Assembly (NCBI GenBank): GCA_951406725.2
Contig: OX597815.1
Span: forward strand, 12,152,001-12,216,000
From: Octopus vulgaris
Taxonomy: Eukaryota
Direction of reading: 5' to 3'
DNA length: 64,000 nucleotides
Under the pieces are notes generated by a model. The model had not been told where the DNA came from and searched no databases. It saw nothing but the letters and a program-made list of their open reading frames with translations. Shown here piece after piece: positions 1 to 14,073 of the stretch. Numbering within the stretch: the stretch's first letter is position 1; the number at the start of each line of letters is the position of its first letter. Both the position numbers and the translations under genes were made by a program.

Positions 1-100
1 CGAAACGTTAACGACTTTTTCAATTCCCGAGCGTAATACTAATACATCATTTTTTTTTCTACACCACCTGCCTCCGTCTTTTTTTTTTCATGAATTCTCC
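1..100 (+). mobile_element. 3' part of HHR-bearing short element (family H2), cut by window edge
   Basis: Starts CGAAACGTTAA...TTCCCGAGCGT, matching the region following the HHR core in the copies at 31044-31078 and 34083-34116. Confidence 0.55.

Positions 101-193
<93 letters not shown>
101..193. repeat. (TCTA)n microsatellite
   Basis: Perfect tetranucleotide tract. Confidence 0.95.
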
Positions 194-195
194 TT

Positions 196-487
196 AGTTG
201 CGTAGTTGTTAGGGAGATGCACACACCACCGCCAGATCCTGGTTTCATTTCCTGAGCTGGGTGGTACGTTGGTTTCTTCAGTAAAACACTTCATCTCACG
301 CTGCTCTGCGATCACTTTGACATCTAACGCATGGTAAACAGTGCGCTTGTTCAGACAACGTCGATTTGATAGAGAGATTGAGCTAGTGTGCAGGACGAAC
401 ATTTGGTCCCTATAAACCAATCACTTGTGCAGGTCATTCGGCAAAATCTGAACACTCATACCACGTCGTCGATGGGAGAGTCCATTG
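196..487 (+). mobile_element. Degenerate tRNA-derived SINE
   Basis: Degenerate A box (GCGTAGTTGTTAGG) and B box (GGTTTCATTTCCTG) followed by TTCTTCAGTAAAACACTTCATCTCACGCTGCTC body. Confidence 0.55.
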
Positions 488-506
488 TGTATACATACAT
501 ACATAC

Positions 507-1075
507 ATGATGGCTGCCCCCTCGTTATCGAGTATGACCATTGCACGAAGCTTAAGTGTTATTGGTATTGAGATCGAATGTGACTTTTTAGCCCAGCTAA
601 AGATCTACAATATCTTGTACAGAATTGGCAACTAAAACCTTTACCGGTGCAAGCCGGCTGTATTTGGAACTGGGCTTCATGTACGGCTGTATTCGGAACT
701 GGGCTTTGCATGTCGTCTAAGTCCTACTGCCGAATTATACTCTCTTCCACATGCTCGACAGATATGATTAGTATGGTGTGTTACACCACCAACAGTGGCC
801 AGGTTGTCACTCATCTGTCTCGTTTTATGACTACGAAGATAACTCTTGAGTCCATCTTTACTGAGGCAGGTTCTTGCACAGACACAGAAAGCGTAACAGC
901 GAAGCCCTTCCTGACATCCCTCCTTACCTTCTCACGCGCAACTCGAGATTTCTCAAAAGTAGCTATCCCCTTGTGCACAATTCTTCTCCACATGCTACGA
1001 TCAATAGCTCTGTTTTACCATGAGTCAGGAGAGATGCAAGCATCTCTTAAGGAAGCGTTCAGCAAGTCCTTATAA
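507..1075 (-). pseudogene. RTE-clade LINE 3' fragment (ORF C-terminus plus 3' tail)
   Basis: Minus strand reads YKDLLNASLRDACISPDSW*NRAIDRSMWRRIVHKGIATFEKSR... then CRACGRE..GL.RH zinc-finger-like motif, typical of RTE ORF C-termini; ends in CTCG-ATAA-CGAG stem-loop and (CAT)/(TGTA) tail. Confidence 0.8.
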
Positions 1076-1111
1076 ATGCATACATACATACATATATACA
1101 TACATACCTAA

Positions 1112-1185
<74 letters not shown>

Positions 1186-1855
1186 AAAGACCATTTACGG
1201 TATATTTGAAGTATTAATTTATAAAAATATGGTAAAGTAAAAGAATTCACTTTACCACACACCGAACTTTTCAGAAATAGCAGCCAATACTTCAAAAATA
1301 CCGTAAATGGTCTTTACATACCGAATACTGCTTGGTCGAATTTATTAACAATTAATTAATTCGACCCCTTTTTTGATAACAATATAATGCTTTCTCTCCA
1401 AGAATTTGAACTGCAGTTTTTACCTCTGTAGAAATGTAATGCTCTATGACTCACGTGGGTGCACAGGGAGAATAATAGATCTCATTCGTATTTTTGGATT
1501 CGCTAGTACTGGGTGTCTGGCATGGTTTGTCCGATGTTACAGATATCGGACGGGTATGTTTAATTCTTAGTATTTTCAAATCTAAATCAGAAGAAATCTC
1601 TGAGCTGATGAAGGAAAAGTGGCGTTTTACCCACAAATCCAGAAACAGACTGTCCTCGGGTATCGTATATGGATGTGATCTTTCATTGTTTTTCCCTTAT
1701 ACCTATGTGAGTTATTTTTCTGAGTATGCATTGTCTGGAGAATTTTATTTGCAGTTGAAGAAATAGCCAAATTTTTGGCTGCTATTTCTGAAAAGTTCGG
1801 TGTGTGGTAAAGTGAATTCTTTTACTTTACCATATTTTTATAAATTAATACTTCT
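1186..1855 (+). mobile_element. HHR-containing non-autonomous Penelope/retrozyme-like element (family H1) with inverted end duplication
   Basis: Unit 1286-1853 contains an HHR; about 1209-1288 is the reverse complement of about 1776-1853; flanked by (TA)n; homologues at 29680-30065 and 54748-55020. Confidence 0.75.
1599..1660 (+). ncRNA. Type I hammerhead ribozyme, intact core
   Basis: Stem I CTGAG/CTCGG; CTGATGA 1605-1611; stem II GGA..GTGG/CCAC..TCC; GAAA 1642-1645; stem III A-CAG-a-CTG-T; cleavage triplet GTC. Confidence 0.75.
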
Positions 1856-1890
<35 letters not shown>

Positions 1891-2005
1891 ATATATACAT
1901 ATTCACACATATTTATATATATGTATGCATGTATGTATAAATGTTACTATCTAACTGTACATACATACATACATACATACATACATACATACATACATAC
2001 ATACA

Positions 2006-2039
<34 letters not shown>

Positions 2040-3432
2040 CACTCATTTAGATATGGAACTCTTGCTTTAACAAAAATGTACGTTTAAAAATTAACACTTT
2101 AGCAAGTTATTTTATTGTTTCATACAAGAACTTTGAAGATAAAGACTAATCTATTTTACCATTGTTTCACATTTAAAGGCATGTATACTACAAAAATATT
2201 CAGTAATTAATTAGGAACTATAAATTGAAGAATTAGTTTCGATAGTTTTTCAATATATTCGAAATGTTACGTACTTTTACACATTCATGGAGCGTATTAA
2301 CTGAATATAAAGTATGAATAAATTTAAAGGTGAAATAGAATATTTTCTACTTATCACGATATTTAAAACTGGAGATTAATTTTATGAACGCCTATGATTA
2401 GCAAAGTGAGGAATTTTAATACATTAAGCATTCAAGGATATACTGAGTATGTATTTTGTGTGAAATATAATTGCAAATTAATATTGTTATCGATAGTGTT
2501 AGAAGTAATTAAATAAATGAGATATGTTATGAATAAATACAAATTTACGTGTGGAATCAATGAAGGAATAAATTATTTTCTATTTTCCAAGATCTTTCAC
2601 GCAGTGATGTAGGTTCTTTTTACAGTTCTTAAACAATATTTCACGCACCAGATTGATTCCATGATCTAAAATATATTTCCTTATCTATGTAGGATATAAT
2701 CAGTAGTTTGCCAGAGTATATCACTTTTGGAAGATGCTGAACCAATGTGCATTCATTTTCTGCACTGTGTCAGCAAATGTTTGGTGCAATAACTAGAGCA
2801 ACATAACGAATGCATACCGTGTAAAATAAGATTAAAATATGCACACGCCTAGATATTATTCTATGATGTAGAGACATTCACTAATCCACAGTGAAATTAT
2901 TGTAAAATCTATGGTCAGTGAGAAATGACAGACTGCAGCTGCAAAATTCAGTCGAGAGCTTTTTTCTGGCAAGCATGTATGGTATTTAGCAACAGATTTG
3001 ACAGTAAGTAGTTATGTTTTGTTTTTGAACTATTTTTCCAAAGTAAAGAGAAAGAAAAATCATAATTGGTGATATATACCTCATTATGGAAAAATGTACA
3101 AAACAATGTTTGTTAATTTTACGGGCATTCAAGTAGTTGAACTGCCGGTAGTAAGCCGCATAGCAGCTAGTATATGTAGTAGGGCAGTAGATAGGCTAAG
3201 GAGTAAACTCAGAGAGGTAGAATTAAACAAGGATGAGGAGGTTAATAAAAATATTTAGAAAGTAGGTGAAAAATAGCGTTAACTTGATTTAAGTGTGGGG
3301 CTAGGGGAGAGATTATTACGAGTTGCACATGTAAACTCTTTACTAGTAATGGATAGCTTGTTTATAATCATGCTAACACGAATTTCAATGAATTTATCTC
3401 GCTTCTCTCTTTTCCTCCGTTTTCTCTCTTTG

Positions 3433-3890
<458 letters not shown>

Positions 3891-4549
3891 AAATATCTTT
3901 ACATATACTTACACATATACATTGAAGACCGTGAGAAAGAACGTTTCTGAGCGTGTGATTGATGTACTTAGGCATTTCCTTTGATAGGAAATGGCAAATG
4001 AGTGGGTTTGGCAACAACAATATTTACTCGTAGAAAATATTAAAACTTACTGCTAGACACTTTCAATATATTGATCTCGTAGACAAGTATTTCCTGCGCA
4101 CTATTCCCATTACTTGCGTTTTCTCCCGGAATTTTATTTGCGAATGTCTGTATGCATGTGTGTGCGTACGTATGTGTTCGTGTTTGAGTGTTTGCGTGAA
4201 TGTGTACGTGTTTTTGTGGGTAAGTTAGTTGGTGCTGAAATCGTTTTGAAGTCGTGGCTTCTTCTTTTGCTTACCTCAGGTAAACTTACTCTCAAAATAT
4301 TTACTCAATCAAAATTAAATTAGCAATGAAAATTAATATATTTTAAATTCACTTCATAAATATTTTTTTCCTATGCACAAACTAAACACTGCTGTAAATG
4401 GTAAGCATTATAACATTCATAAAAGCTAGCTTTCCCAAATCATACATTAAACGTCTCACTTCATAACCGAAAAATGCTTAAAAACCAGCCACTTAAAAAC
4501 ATGCTCTTGTTCAGAATAATGTTGTCATATCTGACGAGTATGACAATTG

Positions 4550-4937
4550 GTGGTGGAAGCACTCCGTCGGTTACGACAATGAGAGTTCCGGTTGATCCGA
4601 ATCAACGGAACAGCCTGCTCGTGAAATTAACATGTAAGTGGCTGAGCACTCCACAGAAACGTGTACCCTTAACGTAATTCTCGGGGATATTCAGCGTGAC
4701 ACAGAGAGTGACAAGGCCGGCCCTTTGAAATACAGGTACAACAGAAACAGGAAGTAAGAGTGAGAGAAAGTTGTGGTCAAAGAGTACAGCAGGGATCACC
4801 ACCATCCTCTGCCGGAGCCTCGTGGAGCTTTAGGTGTTTTCGCTCAATAAACACTCACATCGCCCGGTCTGGGAATCGAAACGGCGATCCTATGACCGCG
4901 AGTCCGCTGCCCTGTCCACTGGGCCATTGTGCCTCCT
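4550..4937 (-). mobile_element. Full-length tRNA-derived SINE (family B)
   Basis: Minus strand begins GGAGGCACAATGGCCCAGTGG...GTTTCGATTCCCAGACCGGG (A/B boxes); body homologous to 44990-45290. Confidence 0.8.
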
Positions 4938-5214
4938 GTTTGCCAATTATTAACTTACTAACACACTATAAAATCTGACACACCCCAGTGCTGTTTCTTA
5001 CAACTTTTGTATCTCCTACACTATTTCAATGGCTATGCATTTATGATCTGTTTTACTTCACACAATATTCAAATTTTTATAATAATCTCTTGCATCTTGG
5101 CGCTTCATTCTGGGTGTGCATTAATGAGTCTGTTTTCATTAGTACGTCTTGTCAGTTCGTTATCAGAATGCAGCTCACTAGAATTATCTACCCGTCCTCA
5201 CATTTTCTGTGCTC

Positions 5215-5320
5215 GATGATTCTGAAGGGTGTAGCCTTGGTGTTAATTAAAACCCAGATGCACACTTAGCAGTGTGCAGCGGTTTGCAGCCGAAACGTGC
5301 GTAGTTCTAAGAAATAAAGA
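5215..5320 (+). other. Degenerate HHR-like motif, Penelope-like terminus
   Basis: CTGAAGG...TGCACAC/GTGTGCA hairpin...GCCGAAACGTGCGTA then AATAAA; stem I poor and A9 altered. Confidence 0.4.
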
Positions 5321-5583
5321 TGTAAAAAGAAAAGGATAATAAAATAGGATATGTATATCTCCGTTCACCTGATTTTCATTAATTTCATTATTTTCTCTAC
5401 CGAATCTATTCGGATTTACGAAGCGATGATAACAACCGAGTCTAGTAAATGCTCACTTAATTGATTTTCATTAACATTCGTTGTGGCTAGCCGACATTGA
5501 GAACCGATATAAGAGCCAACTCGTTAAGCGTCAGGATTACATATCCTTCGAAACCATTTTGTATATGTACACACACACATATA

Positions 5584-5645
<62 letters not shown>

Positions 5646-5688
5646 AACACGCATATACACACGCTCACAAATACGCACACACACACCC

Positions 5689-5731
<43 letters not shown>

Positions 5732-5800
5732 GCGTCCGTATATGTGTGTAAATAAATAAGAATAAGTTGGAGGGTGTTCATTACTTCATATTATTCATCT

Positions 5801-5805
5801 GTAGC

Positions 5806-5902
<97 letters not shown>

Positions 5903-6013
5903 ATAAGGATAATAATGATAATGATAGTAATAATAACATTATTAATAATAATAATATTATTATTATTATTATCATTATTATTATTATCATTATCATTATT
6001 ATTATTATTATTG

Positions 6014-6080
<67 letters not shown>
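5801..6080. repeat. (AGT)n / (AAT)n / (ATT)n compound microsatellite
   Basis: Direct reading. Confidence 0.95.
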
Positions 6081-6081
<1 letters not shown>

Positions 6082-6570
6082 TCAGACAAAGAACATGCCT
6101 CCTCATTGATATGACTGTTCCCAATCGATATAAACGTATCTGTCAAGACCTACCAAAAACTGAGCAAATATAAAGATCTTGAAATAGAAATCAGCAAAAT
6201 GTGGAAGCTGAAGACTAAAACAGTACCTGTTGTCATAGGTGCCCTGGGAATGATAGCGAAAGGGACAGATTGCTACCTAACTCAGATACCAGGAAACCCC
6301 AAAATGGCAGAAATTCAAAAGATAGTGCTCATGGGAACTGCTCATATCCTACGCAAAATACTCACTATGTAATCCCAAGGTTTAAAACAAACTTTTTTTT
6401 TAATTTAAAAAAATTTTTTTTTAATGTATTAGACATTCACTAGTACAACACCAAAGAAAAAAAAAAAAAACCAAATATATGGCACAGAACTTCCAACCTG
6501 TTGTCTCTTGAGGTCTCTGGGTGAGACTTGGAGCCAACTTGTACAGACATAAAGCAAAAGTCAAACATAA
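6081..6570 (+). pseudogene. R4/Dong-clade non-LTR retrotransposon 3' fragment (restriction-like endonuclease end plus 3' UTR)
   Basis: Reads TCLLIDMTVP/IDINVSVKTYQKLSKYKDLEIEISKMWKLKTKTVPVVIGALGMI...IQKIVLMGTAHILRKIL* with one frameshift; (AAT)n on both sides. Confidence 0.85.
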
Positions 6571-6611
<41 letters not shown>

Positions 6612-8614
6612 GGAAAGATGAAGATGAGTGTTGAATAAAATAACACAAATATAGATACATCACCACTCTTTATTTTCTGTAACGTATGTAACTTCCTTCG
6701 ATTTCTCAGGAAAAATGTTTCGTTACATATATAAATATATACCAGGTACATGCCGTCAGTAATTATTGAGGGTAGGCAGTTGGTGAAGTTTATGTAGTAA
6801 AATACACAAAAAAAGTTAAGCGAAACAGATGTGCAACTCAGTTGAAGGCAAATATACACCTACCTTTATGACACCTAAAGAAATCGGTGTTGTGGGAGTG
6901 TACGCAGCACGTGTACTACAGCAATACTATTCGTAACTTAAATACTGAGATTGAAAAGTAGGGGCCAATTATCCTTACCTAATTTTCAAAAAAAAAAAAG
7001 AAATTACATTTTATGCTTAGTAATCATAATTTTATTGAATTAGGTGCATCTTTTGCCATAAAAGGGAAATATTGCTATCGATCTATTTCATTCAGTGTAG
7101 GTCTACTTTGCCTAGGTAGGCGGCACATCCCTGATATATCCATATATAGCTGACTTCAAGGCAGTCAAGATATAATAATTCACGTCTTCTATCAAGTATA
7201 ATACACCCAATGGAAAAGAAAACTCGTAATCTCTCTGCACAAACATACACATAGACTTACATACACACACACACACGCATGCACACATACACGCACACAC
7301 GCACACACGCACGTAAGCGGGCATAACATTATTACGTACGCTTAGGAATGAGATCTGCACGAATATTCAGCACGAAACATTTGGTAGCATTGTATTTTTT
7401 CTGTACCTTAATTATTTTTCTAGAACTAAAAAGAAAAAAAGAAAAAAGAAAACCGTGCCCGGACCACATGTGGGCGGGAAATGTGAGTTTCCGAAATGGT
7501 TATAATATTTTATTTTGTCTTACACAATTTGTTTTATATTTCTCTATTTCAATTAACATTCGCTTCCTATTTCCTGTTCATAAATGTAGCGTTTTGTTTT
7601 CATTTCCCGAAAGAAATAATGCAATCAATATTCTGTATTTTCTTTTTTGCTTTCTTAAAACACCATGAACATTAAGGAAACAATTGACCGCCAATAATCT
7701 ATATTTAATAATGTATTTCATTTTAACTGACGTTGCTTTTTTTTCTTATTTAGCGTCAAAAATATCATACATATTAATGACTAACTTGAGTAACTCAATG
7801 ATATTTAAATGTCATAGCTATATATGGAAATACTGAAATTTGTATTTCATGAGGTTTACCTTAAGGAAGAAAACTGATCCTCAGCTGCCAATAATGCATC
7901 ACTCGGAGTTATCAACATTATTGCAAACTCTGACTATTACAATGTGAGCTATGACGGGAGAGAAACACAACAATTATCGAACACATTATATTCTTCCTCT
8001 TGAAAACAATTAACAGACCATATTTTATATCCATCACTCGTATTGTAGTAAGCATTCCCTAAGTAAGCATATTCTAGTTGTTTCACAACAGTAAAAATCT
8101 AGTCAATGCGAAAAATCCCGCGTGGTTGCATTTCTTACTAGAAAATCGAGCTAAATGCATCTTAAATCCCGCTCTGCCAACCATAAAAACAGAGCCTGGA
8201 TGTTATTCAATAATATAGTCACCGGTGGAAAGCAAATGCAAGCCATTCTTCGAAAATTAGAGGAGAACAAAGAAATTAAGGCACAGGAAAAGGTAATCTG
8301 TAAGATACAATATATATGGGGAAAGAAAAAACGAAATAATGTGGCAAAGCATGAGCAAGCTTAAAAAGAGGGTACACCTCATGCAGAATCGCAAAAATTG
8401 CAGATCAGTAATTCCGTGTAATATTTTCGTGTACGCATGCCAATGGAAAAGTATTTATGCTAACACTTCCTAATAAATGTTGGCAAGTGTTAGCATAGAC
8501 GACTGGACATTCATATATATATATACATACATACATACATACATATATAAATATATGCATATATACATGCATATATGTACATACCTACATATTTATGCAT
8601 ACATACATGCATAT

Positions 8615-8830
8615 GTGGGTACAGGACATCAAAAAACCGTTGAACACAATGAGAAACGAATAAAAACAAAAACATAGAAACGAACTTGTTTTTCAAACAA
8701 CGAATAAAGAGAGTACAAGACATACAACACAAGGAATATTCCCCTTCTTCAGTTGTCCCTGTTTCGGCTACTCCGCGTTGCGAAGGTAAGGAGAAGACGC
8801 GTCTTCGTTCAAACAGTCCTTCCCGCGAAG
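8615..8830 (-). mobile_element. Dispersed repeat family P (Penelope-terminus-like)
   Basis: Reverse complement of 58105-58290 and 55640-55745 (AATGAGAAACGAA.A.A.AAAAACA; CTGAAGAAGGGGAATATT). Confidence 0.6.
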
Positions 8831-9654
8831 CAAATTAAATAAAATGTGTCATTTTTTGCGGCTAATTTCAGAGTTATGTTCCTCGTTATCAAAGCATAGT
8901 CTCTGAAGGTGTATCAAGGCGACAGTAGGTGGCATTTATCTATGAATGGAGTATGCGTGTAGGCTTATATCGGGGTTAAGAAAGAGTCTATTAGATGGAT
9001 ATCTGGCGTATAAGGATGGGTATATATGTGAGTGCTTCTGTGTATGTTCTGGTCAAACTCCATGCTGGATTCCCATGTATTTGTGGAGGGACACCCGAAG
9101 CTGGGGAACCGCCACCTATAGTCACAATGGGGGATGAAAGTAAGATAAGATATACTTTCCTTCATGTAGGCAAGGAATAAAAATTTGACTTTTGCCGCTG
9201 AGGTAGATGCCTGGGTGCTGAGCACTCTTTAAAATCGTTCTTTTCTCAGCCTGGTGCAATCTATAATTCCTATTGCTATTGAAGTATGTTTATGCCAAAA
9301 GGCCGCGTAAGATCTGCGTACTTTTTATATGTTTATATTTAATACGAGAACGACAGGACGTGGGATTCTTCTGCCGATTCTCATGAAGGAATGCAAACAT
9401 GTCATAGTTATGACACAGAAAACAATTTACAGTTAGTAGCTAAAGAAAATATCGTCCTAACAAATTTATAGTCGATAATCTCTCTCTCTTTTTTCCTTCC
9501 ACACACACATAGACACACACATACACACATATATACACACTGACACGTATGAAGACACACATGCACACGCGCACACACATATATATATATATTAGATTCG
9601 TACGTCTGTTAGAGAAAGTTAGAGAGAAATGGAGACAAAGAGATAGATAGATAA

Positions 9655-9702
<48 letters not shown>

Positions 9703-9722
9703 TTAGATAGATATATAGATTA

Positions 9723-9797
<75 letters not shown>

Positions 9798-10984
9798 TGT
9801 ATGCTTGCAGCTCTGCAATAGTAAGCTACATATTTAGAAATGAGACTTAATACCTCGATACGGCTGAGAAATCCAAGTAAAATCAAGAGATTCCAGCTAA
9901 AATATCTACCTCTACTCGTTCTTACTTTTGTATACTGTAAAAACAAATTTGTTTCTGCGTGTGTGTTTGTATGATTATATAAAACATACAAGCAAATGCG
10001 TATACATACATATTCCAATGTGAATGTGTGTGTGTTTGTGTGTGTGTAAATCCGTATGCTTACATTTATATATCTATAGACATATGAGGGTGTATACATA
10101 AATGTATCTGCGTGCAAACAAACAACATGAAGCCAAAGTCATTGAGTAAAGGCAAGGAAGGAATTTAATTATTCAAAGTAGAAATTATGTCTGAAGCATT
10201 TAATGAAATTTTAAATTACAAGAACTGTTTAAACTAGTTCCATTCCACTTCCTAACACATGAGAACAGATACAACACAAGCTATACATCCAACCTCTACT
10301 ACACCAAACCCATCTCCCGTATATACCACTTCTTCATTCCGCGCAGCTCTAATCTTTCACGTTGCCGTTCACAGGAATTCTTCAAATGTCGTATAAAATT
10401 TTATTATCTCCGTTACTAAATGCATCGCACTCTCGAACGACAAGTACAAACCGTCGGTCAACATTACATTCTGAGAATGGTTGAATGAACGGAGCCATGT
10501 AAAATCGTATTGGTAATACTTGCAGAAGAAATACGACGTTACAACATGTGTGTAATATAACTTTAATGAAGATGCAGTGCAGCAGACAATCAGGAAAACG
10601 TTCATTAGTAATTGACTTCACTCTGCCACTAACGTCAGAGGAATTTAACCGATACTTTCCCCTTGGTGATCAAGTGCTGTGTTGTGTTACTAAACACATT
10701 ACATTTTATAAGCGAAGTTGTTCGATGTCTTCTTTCGCTTATAAGTTTAAGTCATTGAGTTTACACTACGGCTTACTTTGCTCCGAGAAACCAGCAATGC
10801 AAATCTTCCAGTCATAAATTCTCCATCTCTTTTTCAAACACTGGTTATCTGATATCATATTTTCAGATATGATATGCCATTCTTATTTTTAAAACAGTAG
10901 TATCTGGTTCCAGAAAATTAGACTGCTATTTCTAACAGCTCTATCCACCGAGCTTGCCTTTGACCACGTATACTTTTTCACTCT

Positions 10985-11292
10985 ATTACTTGTTCCTGTC
11001 ATTTCACTGTGGCCATGCTGGAGCACCACCACCCCAGGACTTATTCTTTGTAAGCCTAGTACTTATTCTATCGGTCTCTATTGCTGAACCGCTAAGTTAC
11101 GGGGACGTAAACACACCAACATTGGTTGTCAAGCGATGTTGGGGGGACAAATACAGACACACAAACACACCCACCCATCCACACACACACAAACCCACAC
11201 ACATATATATATGTAGTGCCACGCAGTGGGACTGAACCCGGAACCATGTGGTTGGTAAGCAAGCTACTTACCACGCTGCCACTCCTGTGCCT
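10985..11292 (-). mobile_element. SINE family A, internally deleted
   Basis: Matches head AGGAGTGGC..GTGGTAAGTAGC...GGGTTCAGTCCCACTGCGTGGC and tail GGTGCTCCAGCATGGCC of the full copies. Confidence 0.85.
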
Positions 11293-11699
11293 ATATGTTT
11301 GTTAGTATTAAATAATTTGGTTTCGAAATCACAACGTTCATTGGAGACACAACACGGTGTTAAAGGTCTTTCAGAAAGTTTTAAAATAGCACTATATATT
11401 ACTATGTACAGCAACTTTATTAAATCTTGTCAAAGCCAAACATTAAATTGACATTCATAGAAATGAACTTCGTTTCTAGATGCATCACCTCCAACATCAA
11501 TAACCATTTCTAAATAGCATTTTGTTAATTATATCTACAACCTAGGCATATAAGATATTGCAAATGAACTTTAGTATCATTCTAAAAAGAATATTCTTCA
11601 TTCTCAATTCAAATAAATATATATTTTAACCCATAGGCATGAAGCTAATAGCTGTAACATCAATAACTCATCTAATCTTAAACAAATTGTTGTTACTCT

Positions 11700-12040
11700 A
11701 GCTTGAGTGGATATGGTGGACGAAAACTGAAAGGATATGTGTGTGTGTACATGAGACTAAGTGTCTGTGTGTGTGTGTGTCTGCGTATATGAGAGTGTTT
11801 GTCTGTGTGTATGTATCTGTGTGCTTGTGTCTATGTTGTTCCCCACCCATTGACTAACAACCGGTGTTGGTGATTTCCAGTCCACGTGATTTATCGGACA
11901 GGGAAAAGATACAATAAGTACCAGTCTTAGAAACGAAATAATTACTGGGGTTAATTATTTCGACTAAAATCCGCCCAGGCGGTGCCCCAGCATGGCGGCG
12001 TTCTAATGTCTATAACAAGAAAAAAAATTAAAAGATAAGA
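11700..12040 (+). mobile_element. Older diverged SINE family A copy lacking head
   Basis: TTGAGTGGATATGGTGGACGAAAACTGAAAG...GGCGGTGCCCCAGCATGG. Confidence 0.7.
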
Positions 12041-12085
12041 TGTGTGTGTGTGTGTGTATTTGCGTACAAATGAAAATTTTATACT

Positions 12086-12246
12086 CAGGAGTGGCTGTGT
12101 GGTAAGTAGCTCGCTAACCAGCCACATGGTTCCGGGTTCAGTCCCACTGCGTGGCATCTTGGGCAAGTGTCTTCTGCTATAGCCCCGGGTCGACCAATGC
12201 CTTGTGAGTGGATTTGGTAGACGGAAACTGAAAGAAGCCTGTCGTA

Positions 12247-12287
<41 letters not shown>

Positions 12288-12507
12288 ATGTATGTTTGTG
12301 TGTCTGTGTTTGTCCCCCTAGCATTACTTGACAAACGATGCTAGTGTGTTTACGTCCCCGTCACCTAGCGGTTCGGCAAAAGAGACCGATAAAATAAGTA
12401 CTAGGCTTACAAAGAATAAGTCCCGGGGGTCGAGTTGCTCGACTAAAGGCGGTGCTCCAGCATGGCCGCAGTCAAATAACTGAAACAAGTAAAAGAGTAA
12501 AAGAGAG
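12086..12507 (+). mobile_element. Full-length tRNA-derived SINE family A with internal (TA)n(TG)n
   Basis: A/B boxes, CORE-like CTTGGGCAAGTG, tail GGCGGTGCTCCAGCATGGCCGCAGTC..., (GTAAAAGA)n end; many copies in window. Confidence 0.9.
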
Positions 12508-13207
12508 TAATGCGTTATGGCAGACTTGAATGGCATCATAGCTCTTCACTTTTGTATTTTTAGTGGCAGACGAATTCTCCAATTCCAAGATAAATTTACA
12601 AAACATCCTCCCTACAGTGATGAATTTTGGTCATTCAATCATTAGTGTTTCGTCACGTTTGTGCTCCATTACTAGGATCACCGCCCGGAAATTTAAATCT
12701 AGGCCACAAAACAATTCCTATTATGCTAACGAGATAACAAAATATTTTCGGGTGCGTGATATATTCTCGATCTAAGTTCTTCCCAATGTTCATCTCAGGG
12801 AAATTTCCATCGACAATATACAAAAAGTAAGAAAAAAGTAAAAAAGTTATGCTACGTAATGCACAGTATCCACTTTGAGGCTACGTCGTTTAAGTCAATG
12901 CCTTATATTTATTTCTGCTGTTGAAAATCAGAAAAAAATTTAAACAAATAAACAATCATGTTAGATATTAATGATTGATCAATTACTTGTTTGACTGGAG
13001 AGGATCCTAAACGCTTGTTTTAAAGAGAAATATTTATTGAGAATTTTAGAAAGAGAAAATTTTAGAAAGATGTGGATGCGGTCTCAATGGGGAAAAAAAA
13101 GCTAAGTAGAGGACACGCTCAAGATGTACATAATAAGTACTAGACGCATATTGTTGTTGTTACTTTGTTAGCTTTTTCCACAAGAGTTTATGACAGTATG
13201 CACAATA

Positions 13208-13265
<58 letters not shown>

Positions 13266-13367
13266 ATATAAATATAAGAGAGTGTTCACTATATTGATCA
13301 CTCTAGCACCAGTTAATCCAAGAGGTTTCAACCACGAAAAATACATATATATATATATATATATGTA

Positions 13368-13420
<53 letters not shown>

Positions 13421-14073
13421 TTATAAAAACACACACATATATGCACACAAACACACACAAATACATAATATATCTATCTATATCTCTGTCTCTGTCTCTC
13501 TGTGTGAGAGTGTATATGTGTTATGCATGTATTTACGTCTGTATGTATTATATACGTACGTGTAGTCCAATTAATAAAAAGCGAATTTTACTGTAGGGTA
13601 GCAAATGTTTATAATATCATGATTGGTTAATGTTTTCACGATTTTATCGATATGAAATTCTTAATCCACATATGTTTTGGCTCAAACGAAGTGACTCGTA
13701 TAATTCAGAGACAATTAGGTACATATTGATACACACAGGCCCTCACATGTGCAAACAGAAGAGTGTAAAAACACACAACTATCAGGTCTATGGTCTAAGC
13801 GTGTATGTTTTTTTCGTAAACGCCTGATTGCCCGTGTATGTATGGAGACACATATGAACGCACGCGCATACCCCACACTAACATACACACACACACATGC
13901 GCACACTCACTCACACGCATACCTGCTTTAATCTCTACATGATTTTCTTCACTTTTTCTAGACAATGTTTGAATACCCATTATGAGCATAATGCCGTCTT
14001 CACAGAAGTGCGAATCTAAATATAAAGAGAATCTCCACACACACACTCACACACACACATGCACACACGCACA

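Noticed and set aside
647-1075. 142-aa plus-strand ORF
   Set aside because: Antisense shadow of the RTE remnant on the minus strand
5767-6146. Poly-Ser/Asn/Ile/Leu ORFs
   Set aside because: Trinucleotide microsatellite translations
10360-10850. Possible exon or decayed transposase
   Set aside because: Only short ORFs with no recognisable motif or supported splice structure
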